Assembly (NCBI GenBank): GCA_973895155.1
Contig: OZ316899.1
Span: 1,139,573-1,203,572 of the forward strand
DNA from: Marsupella aquatica
Taxonomy: Eukaryota > Plantae > Marchantiophyta
Direction of reading: 5' to 3'
Length of the DNA: 64,000 nt
Position 1 is the first letter of the stretch. Each line of letters begins with the position of its first letter. Shown here piece after piece: positions 49,001 to 59,293 of this stretch. The position numbers and the translations under genes are program-made. The notes beneath the pieces were generated by a model, which saw only the letters and a list, made by a program, of their open reading frames with translations, was not told where the DNA came from and ran no database searches.

Positions 49001-49652
49001 CGGCAGAGTAGGATTAGGACTAGCTTAGTCAGGCTCTTGGGACAGGCACCTGCCTTAGGTACAGCTTCGCTGCCGTGCTGTCCAGCCTGCATAGATTAGG
49101 ATCTTCTAATAAGACAGCCATTTCCGGCCTGATTGTCAGCTTAGTTAGGACCGTAGTCAGTGAATCTTCGGCGAGAGGACACCCCGTCCCTCGGCCCTTA
49201 GTATTTAGTGCACCCCTCGGTAGAGTCGAGGGGGGGGGTTTTTAGTTGCAAAGTTGGGCGTCCGCGGTATGTGCGGGGAGTCCCGACCTCTGGGAATGAA
49301 AGAGTACCAAGGGGAGGGGGTAGGACTAAGCTCGCCGGGCGAGTGCGGAGCCGGGCGCCGTTGTAGTGTGCACCCTCGGCCTTGAACCTGTTCATTCCGG
49401 GGCTGTCGGGTCAACTAAGTGTACGCATATGTTCCCTTTGTAGTAAAATCCTTTCCCATCATTTTCCTTCGTGTAAATTGAGATTGTATGCATGTGCGCG
49501 TGTATGTGTGTGGGTTTCTCGTATATGGGTGGCAGCGCCAGGCCGAACGCACTACCCGAGATGTGCACAGGGTGCAGCCTGCGGGTAAGTGGTTGCGAGC
49601 ACGGGTTGAGGACCTGTATCATCGAATCCGGATCGAAGGCGGACAGCACGAA

Positions 49653-49732
49653 GGCTTAGAAGTCCTTAAGCCGGGGTCGATCCTGCTATCGACTAAGGTA
49701 CGTTCCGGCGGCGGAACACAAACCATACCTAG
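49653..49732 (+). other. Conserved stem-loop module (copy in E)
   Basis: GGCTTA..TAAGCC; GTCGAT..ATCGAC; GTTCCG-GCGG-CGGAAC, with a compensatory G-C closing pair. Confidence 0.72.
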
Positions 49733-49886
49733 GAGGTGTCCGTATTTAGCAGTATGCGCAATTAGCGCTAGTTTACGAGAATAAGGTGCATTACGTGCTT
49801 CCCTTCCTGCCCGAACCCTCAGATTTACGAGGGATGTGCCCGTCTAAGCTGAAGTCTGAGTTAAGGCCGCAGCCGATGACGTGACA

Positions 49887-50110
49887 AGTGTCATCATAGG
49901 TAGCGCCTGGCGCTAGTATTATTGACATATTGATTCAGTAATTGTGTAACAAGGGTTTTACACTGCCTTGTTTTTATTAGAGTTGGTTTTCCTGTCACGA
50001 TCATTATACCCCACCAGGAGGTTTTTTGGGAATCAGTACATTATATGTTTTTAGTTTCTTAAAGTAGAGTGTCATCAATGGTAGCGCCTGGCACTAGTAT
50101 TATTGACAGT
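49887..50110. repeat. Two further TAGCGCCTGGC(G/A)CTA palindromes in ~181-bp units (unit starts before insertion E, near 45850)
   Basis: Copies at 49901 and 50082, each followed by GTATTATTGACA. The upstream flanks at 45850-45896 and 50025-50075 align. Confidence 0.85.
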
Positions 50111-50399
50111 CGATTCAGATCGTGTACTTTTGAGGTTTGGACAATGCCTCATTTTTATTAAAGTTTGGTTTTGAACGCCGTGATAAGTACTGCGAGTCAC
50201 TGAAAACATAAAATGCAATGGAGTTTTGGGAAGGATTTTTTGTTTGTTTTGCTGGTGACTATAAATAGGAAGTAAATTTGAAGCAGGTATTTCCTGATGT
50301 GAGTAAAAACTTTGCTCATATATAACAGTTACATTTTCCTGATATGAGGGAAAATTTTGCTCGTAACTGTAAAAAAAACTCCTGTTTCCTGGCACGGTG

Positions 50400-51420
50400 T
50401 AAACCCTCTAAGGATGAAGCTTTTGGTGTGACATGAAGTGACATCATGATTGATGTATTAGGTGATTGAAAGACGAATAATGAGAAAGATGTGCCCAGTG
50501 CCTCAGTGTCCATAGCCAAGGATGTATCCGGTAAGCTTATGCTTTAAATTCCTCTATATGAATGTTGTGAGACAATTTGTTGATTAATAGATTCAACCTG
50601 AATATTTTGGTGTATTTATTGTTGTTCATTTAGGATCAGTAGAAGTAGACATGGAGAATGTGGCAATGGCAAAGAAGGGGAAGAAGGCTGTTCATAATGG
50701 TAAGGTGATAGTGACAACTTTGTGGTTGGTGACGTGTACATTTAGTACATGTGATTAGTGATTAACTTATGTTGGACAATGCACTGAATTGTAGTTGATG
50801 CAGAGTTGACAAACTCTCAACCAAGTGGGAGCAGGGTGAAGCAACGCCAAAACTTGGGAGCAACATTGGATGCAAGTAAGATTGTAGATGCTTCAATTGA
50901 AGCAAGTACAATGTTGGCAGATATTGAGATGATGTCATATAGAGAAATCTTGCTATGCAATTGGAAGTGTCAAATATGGATGCAAATTCTTTGAAGAAGA
51001 GTGTCCCCAATTCTTGATCACCAGCACAAAGCACTCATGCCAAAGTGATGACTCGCAACCAAGGTATGAACAATGTCATGTATAAGCCACCCAGGAAAGC
51101 CAAGAAAAACAGCCAGGGTAAGGTGGAGGTGATAGCTACAATAGAGCCAGTCCATAATCTTCTATCATGGGAGGATGACTCACAGGTATGTGTGGGTACA
51201 TGCATTTTGTGACCGGATCATGCTAAATTCCATGGCAAAGTGGTCCCGGATGACCATGTAGTAGTGTTGTTGACTACAGCCAAAATGACATGTTGTAATT
51301 TTCCATTTCTGAATAGAGCAGATGATCCCCTCAGGAAGTAATTGCAGATGCAATATGATCTCTTGTGCTCTGGCCATCGAGTGTGTTGGTCTCCCGTAGT
51401 GACTGAATGCAAATGTAGAT
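50400..51420 (+). pseudogene. Degenerate multi-exon gene remnant, product unknown
   Basis: Donors at 50531, 50700 and 51064; acceptors ending 50633 and 50803; purine-rich exon-like blocks containing stops. Confidence 0.3.
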
Positions 51421-51772
51421 AGAATCATGTGAGTTGTGTTACATTTTGACATTGCCTTGGAAAGATCCAAGAAATACATGTACCAATTTTGAATTTGGTA
51501 AAGAGGATGAAGGAGCCGTTGTCATTAAGTGTGACATGTATATTTATGAATTCTGTATGTATGTATGCAACAAGTGATTGATGTCAAACTATAGCTCTAT
51601 AGTGATTGTCCATGATACTTGAATCTGTTTTGTATCATTTGAGATTAGTGTACATGGTATAGAAGAATGCTTTGTGACCTATCGTGCTGGTCTATGATGT
51701 TTGAATCTGTCATTTCATATTAATGTACATGGTATAGAAGAAGGCTTTCTGAAACTCTGTGTGTTCTAATGG

Positions 51773-53654
51773 TTTTTTTCCACCTTTTTGTGGCAATTTA
51801 ACAGTAAAACCCGCAAAAACCCATGGGAAGGGGGGCTAACACAGCCAGTACAAAAGGGTAAAAGTAGCCAGAACATGCACTGGCCAGATAGGGCCCTCAA
51901 AGCAAGTGTCAAGCCCCCGCAAGCACCAGTGACAACCTCTACACGCTATATCACACCAATGAGGAGGACGGTCAGGCCAAGGAGAAGGCCTCAGTCAAAC
52001 AACCGGAGCTAAAAACAAATTAAGCTAAAAGCCAGAGCTGAAAACCAGCACTAAAATACCAAAGCTAAGGGCCTCACTTCAAAATGTCTAGTGTCTACTA
52101 CCTCTAGTGAGAGCCCTGTATGAATCCTGTAAGAAATGAATACTAAGTGCAATCACCAAGTCACAAAGGCATCCCGTCACCCCAACCATTGCCGTCTCTC
52201 AAAAACCACAACATCCTTGGCTAGAAGCAACCGTGTGTGTTTGCAACTAGGGCCAAAGTTCTCACAAAGCCCATGGAGGTGGTCGGCCATTTCAGAGAGT
52301 ACTAGATTCAGATTGAAGGAGCGTCTTATCAAGGGATTAAAAAGTTGCTCATTTCTGGCGATCCATAGAGCCCACAAGACCTGGTGTACTATGAAGGCTA
52401 CTACTGAGTGTGTGAAGCTGGGGCCTTTAAAATGTTGAATCAGCGGCAATATTTCTGCTAGAGGCCAAATGATAATGCCAGGAAAAGACTGAAACACTAA
52501 AGTCCAGCATCTACACGCAAATTGACACTTGAAGAAGAAATGTGGGATGGATTCCAATTTTGTAGAGCAAATTTGACACATACCATTGCTCTTCCCAATT
52601 TTGAGTGCTTGAGTGCCTGTAAAAAGCCCTTGTGCAAGGACTCTCCAAACAAATGTACAGGATTTCAGTGGTAGATCTGATGTCCACATAGACAACCAAC
52701 TTTGTTCCATTCCAGCTCCGAGAGTGCCGTTTGCCACATTCTATTGAGTCTTGTGCTGTCAGACCCTTTAGGTTGAAGCAGCTGATACGTTTGTGCATTA
52801 GATAAAGTAAATCTCCTCAGTGTTTCAGATTTGTCCGACCACCTCCATTGCCCCACTATTGCATGCCCGTATTGTATTGTATCCGTCCGACGTATGACTT
52901 TGCTAAAAAATTCCAGACTCAAGGCTATAATTCTATGGTCCAGCCCTCTCACTCAATCTAGTTATCCCGATCTTGCCACAGGTCCTATTGATAGCACAAA
53001 TTGTGTCCTCCCCAAGACTTTGTATTCCTTCAATATAGTGGATTACATCTTCCACTCTCCACCATGCGGCTACTACAGTGTTTCTAGGAGAAAAAATGAG
53101 GTGTGTACATAGCATCTCCCATGCTTGTCATAGGCTTCCAGTGTAGCTCAGTCCGCTAAAGGCCCATGGGTAGTAGAGCAGAAGCCTATCTATGAAAGAA
53201 TACTTGTTTTGCCGGATGGTTTTAGCATTACACCATTTTTCCAAACAAAGATTACCAGCAAACACTCTAGCCCAGTCAGAGGATGGCCGGTCTAGAGCCC
53301 TATTGAACCATTGACATAGTAAGGCATCGGAATGGGCTCTGAAGTCTTTCAGACCAAGCCCACCATCAAGCTTGGGCCAGGAGAGCATTTTCAAGGAAAC
53401 AAGAGGGATCTTTCGTCCACCCTTAGCATTATAGCCCCAAATAAAATCCCTGCAAAGTGCTATTAATTTGATGGCCAGGCTGTTTGAAGAATGCAAAAAC
53501 ATCATGTGGTAGATAGGAATAGCCTGCAATATGTGTTTTACAAGAATTGTCCGGCCGGTAAACGAGAGGAACCTATTTGCCCAGGTAGAAAGTTTGTTAC
53601 CAATCTTGTCTAAGCAGAAGGTGTGCAGTTGTGCATCGTTCAGACCCCACCCCA
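51773..53654 (-). mobile_element. L1-like LINE 3' fragment (RT C-terminus plus zf-RVT)
   Basis: KLSTWANRFLSFTGRTILVKHILQAIPIYHM and KSCTFVWR...CQIC...HFFFKC. T-run at 51773 marks the tail. Confidence 0.88.
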
Positions 53655-55112
53655 TTTTTTTAATTTTTAATTTTTTGTTAATTGGGGGGAAGAAAAAAAG
53701 GGGGGGAAACCCCCAGCCCCCGAGGACAAAAGCCACCCGGCGGGCCAGCCGCGGTCAACGGCAAACACCAACCAAAAACAACCTAATCAGGCCACCTACC
53801 ACCGAAGGTCCACCAATTGGTGCAGAGCTTCATAGGCCCCTGATCTCTACCATCACTACTTTTGCCCTTACTAGCCCTTCCGCTCAAATTGGTAGTCAAA
53901 TTGGTCTTTCTAGTTTGATCCTGTGACTGCTCGGGGTAATTCAGAGCAGTGTTCCTAACAGTCATTTGCCTGTTCCGGTTTAAACTGGAGTCAGAAATCT
54001 GAGGGGAACCAATAGTTCACTGGTAGGTAAGGGCAGTGTCCCTGATATCCTCAGTCTTAATCTGCTCTTTCACCATCAACATTGTCATTGAGGGGAATAG
54101 GGTTTTCAATTTGTTCCCAAGGATGGAGCGCAATTTGCAGTTGATTAAGAGCAATGTCAATCTGTTTGGCTTTCTTGGGGGAGCAACAAATGGATTTCAT
54201 GGAGTGAAGGTGCCTCTTGGTGTAGCGAAGGATCACCCATCCTGGGAGTTGGCCCAGGAATTGTGAGTAAGTTGCTGCATTCCGCTCGTTCCAAATGCTG
54301 TTGCAGAGTTCCATCACAATGAGCAAGGGACCAGGTCTCCTTTTTTGAAAGTGAATGGCATTGTTGATAATCTCAAATAGGGTGCTGCCCGACGACGTGA
54401 GAGCTGGGAAACCCCTGAGGATCTGTTGGACCTGCCCCCATCTGGCCTTCACCTTGCTGCAAGAGAAAAACATATGCTCAGTGTGTTCAAAGTAGGATTT
54501 ACACTGTGCGCAAATCCCGTCACTTACCTTCCAGTGGCTTCCCCTACCATTGGTAAAGAAGCCATGGTTGAGGAGCCTCCACATAAAAAATCTCACTTTT
54601 GGTAGGGTCCATCCTCCCCATAGTTTCTTCTACCTTGTGTGCCAGCCTTTGGAAGTGTTCAGCTGTCCCCATTGTCGGTTCAGCTTTGTCACATCTTGTG
54701 CATTGGGTAAAGTACATTGAACCCAGACTCTGTTAGTGAATTTCCAGCTTCTGTTCTTCCCGGGCTAGGACCACTGCCAGTCCTTGCAGTCCTGCAGCTT
54801 GTCCTCACTGAGGCCTGGACACCGTGTCATCACGTTGTAGAAGGCATTGAAGGCAGTAGATCCCCGTGGTCTGTTGTTGCGCACTCTGGAGTGCAGGGTT
54901 TCTTCGTCAATCCAGCCGTCCTGAGGATTCCACAGGTCCTTGATCCCCTTGATTTTGCGTCGGGCCAGATAGGTCCTCAAGTCAATGCCTTCTTGTGTGC
55001 TTAACCGATTGTTTCTAGAGTATAAGAGCACCGTTTGTTTGGTGGTGAGAGTCTCTGGCACTGTCCAAGGGACCCCACCCCATTGGCGCTCCAAGATACC
55101 TTTGTACCAACA
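53655..55112 (-). mobile_element. Second L1-like LINE 3' fragment (zf-RVT)
   Basis: RFFMWRLLNHG...CAQC...HTEHMFFSC. T-rich tail at about 53655-53680. Confidence 0.85.
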
Positions 55113-55726
55113 TGGTGAATGGTGAGTTTATAGAGTGAGTATACACAAAAGATCATGAATGGAATGTGTTATTTGTGCACAAGAGTGAGGTCATTCCAAG
55201 TAGTATAGCGGGGTCTTCATCACTCATTTCTAGTTGACGTGAAAGACTTATACATACCCCACAAAGAATCTCCTTAAGTCATTTTATGAACCCACAAAGT
55301 TTTCTTAAAGACTACCCACTAACACCTTTTTAGTCCTTCCCAACGACTCACCACCACAACCCATAAAAGATTGAAAATGACTCACCAAAGCTACCCATAC
55401 AAATACTATACTAGACTGAAAATCCAGTCTATTATACGACTAATCATGCAGTTCTATAAAGGACTCAGTGGATTCTAGTAACAAAACATACGACTCACAG
55501 TCCTATAAAGGATTGTAGTCCCGCCCAGTCATTTGCAAGTCCTAAATGGTGTTGAATAGTTGTTTAATAGGGTCTAAATACAGCCCGGTTTCTACTAGTA
55601 TACAAACAAAGGTAAGAAAAAGTAGCACAGATTAACTGCAAGAAGGTCGCGCTCACCAAGGACTCGAGCTACAACAACTTACAAGACTACATTACCAAGC
55701 TATATATCAATAAAAGTCTCAAAACT

Positions 55727-57094
55727 TGACCAAGTCGCGGAACTCGACTGCCTTAACACTTAGCTCCGGCGTTGCTGAGTCAGCAATGCCAAGCTCCCTT
55801 ATGGTCCAGGCGCTGGTCGGGTCAAGCGGAAACGGGCCGGGCTCAAGGATGACCGTCCAGACCTCCGGATGGACTTTGAGTTCTCAGGGCTTGAGTGTGA
55901 GCTCCTCTTGGGCCCAAGGCCAATGGAGTTGACGCCATGGGCAATGGATGCTTGGGGCACAAGTTATGGCCCGATCCGAGTTGGGCTGATTGGGGGCCCC
56001 AAGCGGCGATGAGACCTGAGGGCCTAGGCATGAGCACTGGGTCGGCCTGATCACAACGGGCTAAGGCACTCCGCTTGCGGATGCCTAACGAGAAAGTTAT
56101 GGGCATTGCCAGTGGGTGGCGCGCCCATTATGCGCAATAGGATCCGGGTTGGAGGCCAAATGTTTAGGGACCAAAGCTGGTCCGGGGGTGACAGGTCTCC
56201 AAAAGCATATATGAGGGGAGTGGTGTCTCCCTGGGGGCTAAGGGCGAGCCAAAGTCGTGAGTCGCGGCGGTCGCACCACTAAGAGAAACTGCCAAACTGA
56301 AACGGCGATATCTTCCCAACGGGAAGTCCATTGGAGGACTTGGGCACGTTGGAAAACTCTCAAGGAGGGATATGCCCTCTTGAGCTCAGTTGGGTCTGGG
56401 GCACCACGGGTTCTTGAGGTTTGCGGGTGTTAACTCGCCCGCTTGCCAAATCCTGCCGAATAGGAGCCAAGCCGTGTTCAGTCTCCCAATGGAGCTTGCA
56501 TTGGGGAGGCAAGGCCAAGTAGGTGTGGAGGTTGAGTTCCAAGAGTTTCCGGCCCCTAGACCATCAATGAGGCAAATTGGGAGTTGGTTGCTAAAGTCGG
56601 GGCCATTCTGGTCCTGACGTGTTGGGACAAGCTTTAGGACAAGCTACGTTATTTGGGCCATGAGCATGTCCTGGGGTCAGGGCGGTTAGTTGGTGATGGA
56701 TAGGTACGAGGGGGAACCCGGGCTGCGCCCAAGGAAGGAGCTATCCTGGATGAACAGTGGGTGTGGGTTCTGGTTCCGGCTTATGGCATCGGGAAGACCT
56801 ATCATTGACCTATTTACCAATGTCTGTTGAGCTTGAGTTAGGATGCTAAACTTGGCGGGTTCTAGATCCTGAAGGCTTACTTACCGAGGTACTTGGTTGC
56901 TTGTGCACACAGTGAGGACCGTTGAGTAGCGGTTGTGTTGGAGGGCGAGTGCGGCTTTGTATGGGAGGGGCCGTTGGTGGTGCAAGGGGCACTAGGGTGT
57001 TTGCTCAAGGTATTCCGTGGAGGCGTTTGGGCACTAGGGGCACTTAGGCGTGAGTGTTGGGATTGGTGAGGGCGTTGGGTGGCTAGGTCCACCA
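55727..57094 (+). repeat. 5' LTR of chromovirus-like element H (start approximate)
   Basis: Ends ...CCACCA four bases before the PBS. Its start matches the LTR start that follows the PPT at 58560 on the minus strand. Confidence 0.65.
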
Positions 57095-57098
57095 CTTG

Positions 57099-57110
57099 TG
57101 GTATCAGAGC
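57099..57110 (+). promoter_or_regulatory. tRNA-iMet primer binding site
   Basis: TGGTATCAGAGC. Confidence 0.9.
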
Positions 57111-57226
57111 GATTGCTGGCATAGACACCGGGCCGGGATTATGCTAAGTCAGAATCCAAAAATCTTAACGGATTTTTGTGAGGACTTAGTGCTTCAACGT
57201 GCCCAACGGATCGACAGCGGGCAGAT

Positions 57227-58420
57227 TTGGTCACTAGGAACAAGGCTAAAAACACTCGATCAAAGAGTGGAAAGCAGGCTCCCCCCGCTAAGGGGAGAGC
57301 CCAAGTTCAAGATGAACAGAATGAGGACGGGTCGATTTCCCTAGACAAACGTTACAAGCAGGATGACAAAGACGTGGCGGCCAAACCGTCGACCGCCACG
57401 GCAAACACGTCAAGTGCAGAGCGCCATCAACTTAAAGGGAAGGAGATGGCCGATCCTTCAGAGGACGGGTTGGACGATGACGGCTCCAACGCGGATGGAA
57501 GCAACGACGATGCAAAAGCTGAATTGGAGGAAGAGGGTCAGGACCCAGAGGAGGAACTGATCCCAGTCTTGAGAGGGTTGGATGCGGAACCAAAGGAATC
57601 ATCGAGCCGGACGTCATCGTGGATAATTTGACCAAGCAGAACCAGGGCAATGCGGGTGATGCCTCAACCCCGAAAGGTCATGGTGCCCGCAAGACGTGGG
57701 GGGTGTCACCAAAATCCACAAGAGAACCTAAGGACAGGCGGCCCGCAAAGGAAAGATGGTTGGATGACTGTCCTCATACAATCGCAAGGGCCCAGCCGCT
57801 GACGACGGTTTGGGTTTGTTAACTCAAGACCACCGACTCATTTATGAGTAGTTGGAACACAACAAGGGAGCCCAGATTAAGTACTTACTTAGTCTGGGTA
57901 ATCAGAGTGCGACGGGTCCCGAGGGAGGAATGGTAGTTGGACGGAGTATGTTCCAAGTGAACCAACTACCAACTCCTCCAACTTACGATGGGGCCTACGA
58001 ACAAAGTGGACAAAAGTTCCTGAGTTGGCTCTCCACAATGGAGATTCATCTCCAAGCGTGCATTGAGCGTTCCACTTGGGCTACTACAGCCGCTCCTTAC
58101 CTGAAGGACTATGCCTTGACTTGGTACAACTCATAGAAGAAGTCGCGAGAGGACTCCTCCTTGCCATTAACTTGGGAAAACCTGGTTGAGGGACTCCGTA
58201 CTCATGTCACCACTAAGTACCCAGAGCGGCACGCTCATAAATGTGTAACGAAGATGAACTTCAGGGGTGATATCCAAAAGTTCATCACTTATTACCAGAA
58301 CCAAGTTGGCGTGTATCCCGGCGGGGCAAGAGACCCTACATACACAACTTCACAATTTTATAGTGAAGCTCCCGTCGTTGCTTAGGGAAAAGTTAACGGA
58401 AAAGCGTCACGAGTTCAAAT
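57227..58420 (+). pseudogene. gag: Degenerate Gag of H (Retrotrans_gag-like)
   Basis: FLSWLSTMEIHL...YLKDYALTWYNS*...LTWENLVEGLR. Stops and frameshifts. Confidence 0.75.
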
Positions 58421-58475
58421 TGCTTTCTCCCCATGCTAAGTCCTCCCCATGCTAAGTCCTCCTTGGATGGCCTAT

Positions 58476-59293
58476 CCGGGCCTGGACTATAAGGGAGCTC
58501 GGTGTCTGAGTCAGCGACACCAGAGCTAAGTGTTAAGGTAGTCGAGTTCCGCGACTTGCACCCCCCCTTAAAAATGGTTACGTCCGCGTGACCTCAGTAA
58601 ATGTTCCAACACGCCTAGATCACTTTGGGCCTTAAAAATTTTATGAGGTAACAAATGGTTTGCTCATAAGGCTGATGCAAACCAGGTTGGTATGCGCATT
58701 CCAGACTTAGGAAATTCCAACCTATCCCACTTATCTAAGTAGGATGCCAGTCCAATCGGGTAAGCTAACCCCCAACTCGTTGGACCCATTGTTCTCCCGT
58801 TGGGTACTCCCCTTTGGTTCAAACTAGCCCGCCCACAGATGTAAGGCGGGCACCATCTACTTCCATTCACAAAAAACAAATCGACCGCCCAACAACCTCT
58901 AGCACCAACGCAATCCGACTTTATCCTTAACAGGTAGAGAGGAGTGAAACTAGGATACAACTCACAAAGGTAGCTACAATTGCCTGTACCAGTTCACAAT
59001 GGTGGTAGGCCGCTTTGTTTATGATAGCTTCCAAGGATCTCTGGGGCATTACCCAAATTTTCTTCCGGTTACCAAGTACTCTCGGCCTAATCATAGCCAG
59101 CCCACTTCACCAAATACTCTAAGATTTGCCTTCCCAACTTGCGTTTGTAACGGTGGTCCAGAATTGCCTCCACCTCAAACTCCTCAACGTCCTCCACCAG
59201 CATGGCATCCCCAACAGAAACTGAAAAGCTAAAGGAAATGGATTTGTGTTCCTCCTTAAGATGCAGAAAGGAAAGATCCCAAAAGTCACAAAG
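58476..59293 (-). mobile_element. Inverted chromovirus 3' end: chromodomain, PPT (58569-58561) and start of 3' LTR (58560 downward)
   Basis: EFEVEAILDHR...EYLVKWAGYD*AESTW*PEENLGNAPEIL at about 59190-58994; AAGGGGGGG then TGCAAGTCGCGG. Confidence 0.85.

Larger units (their letters stand above)
45897..49886 (+). mobile_element. Solo LTR E (3,990 bp) containing a long ORF
   Basis: TGTGACGCCG...ACGTGACA with perfect TSD AGTGT (45892-45896, 49887-49891). No terminal direct repeats and no gag-pol. Confidence 0.92.
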
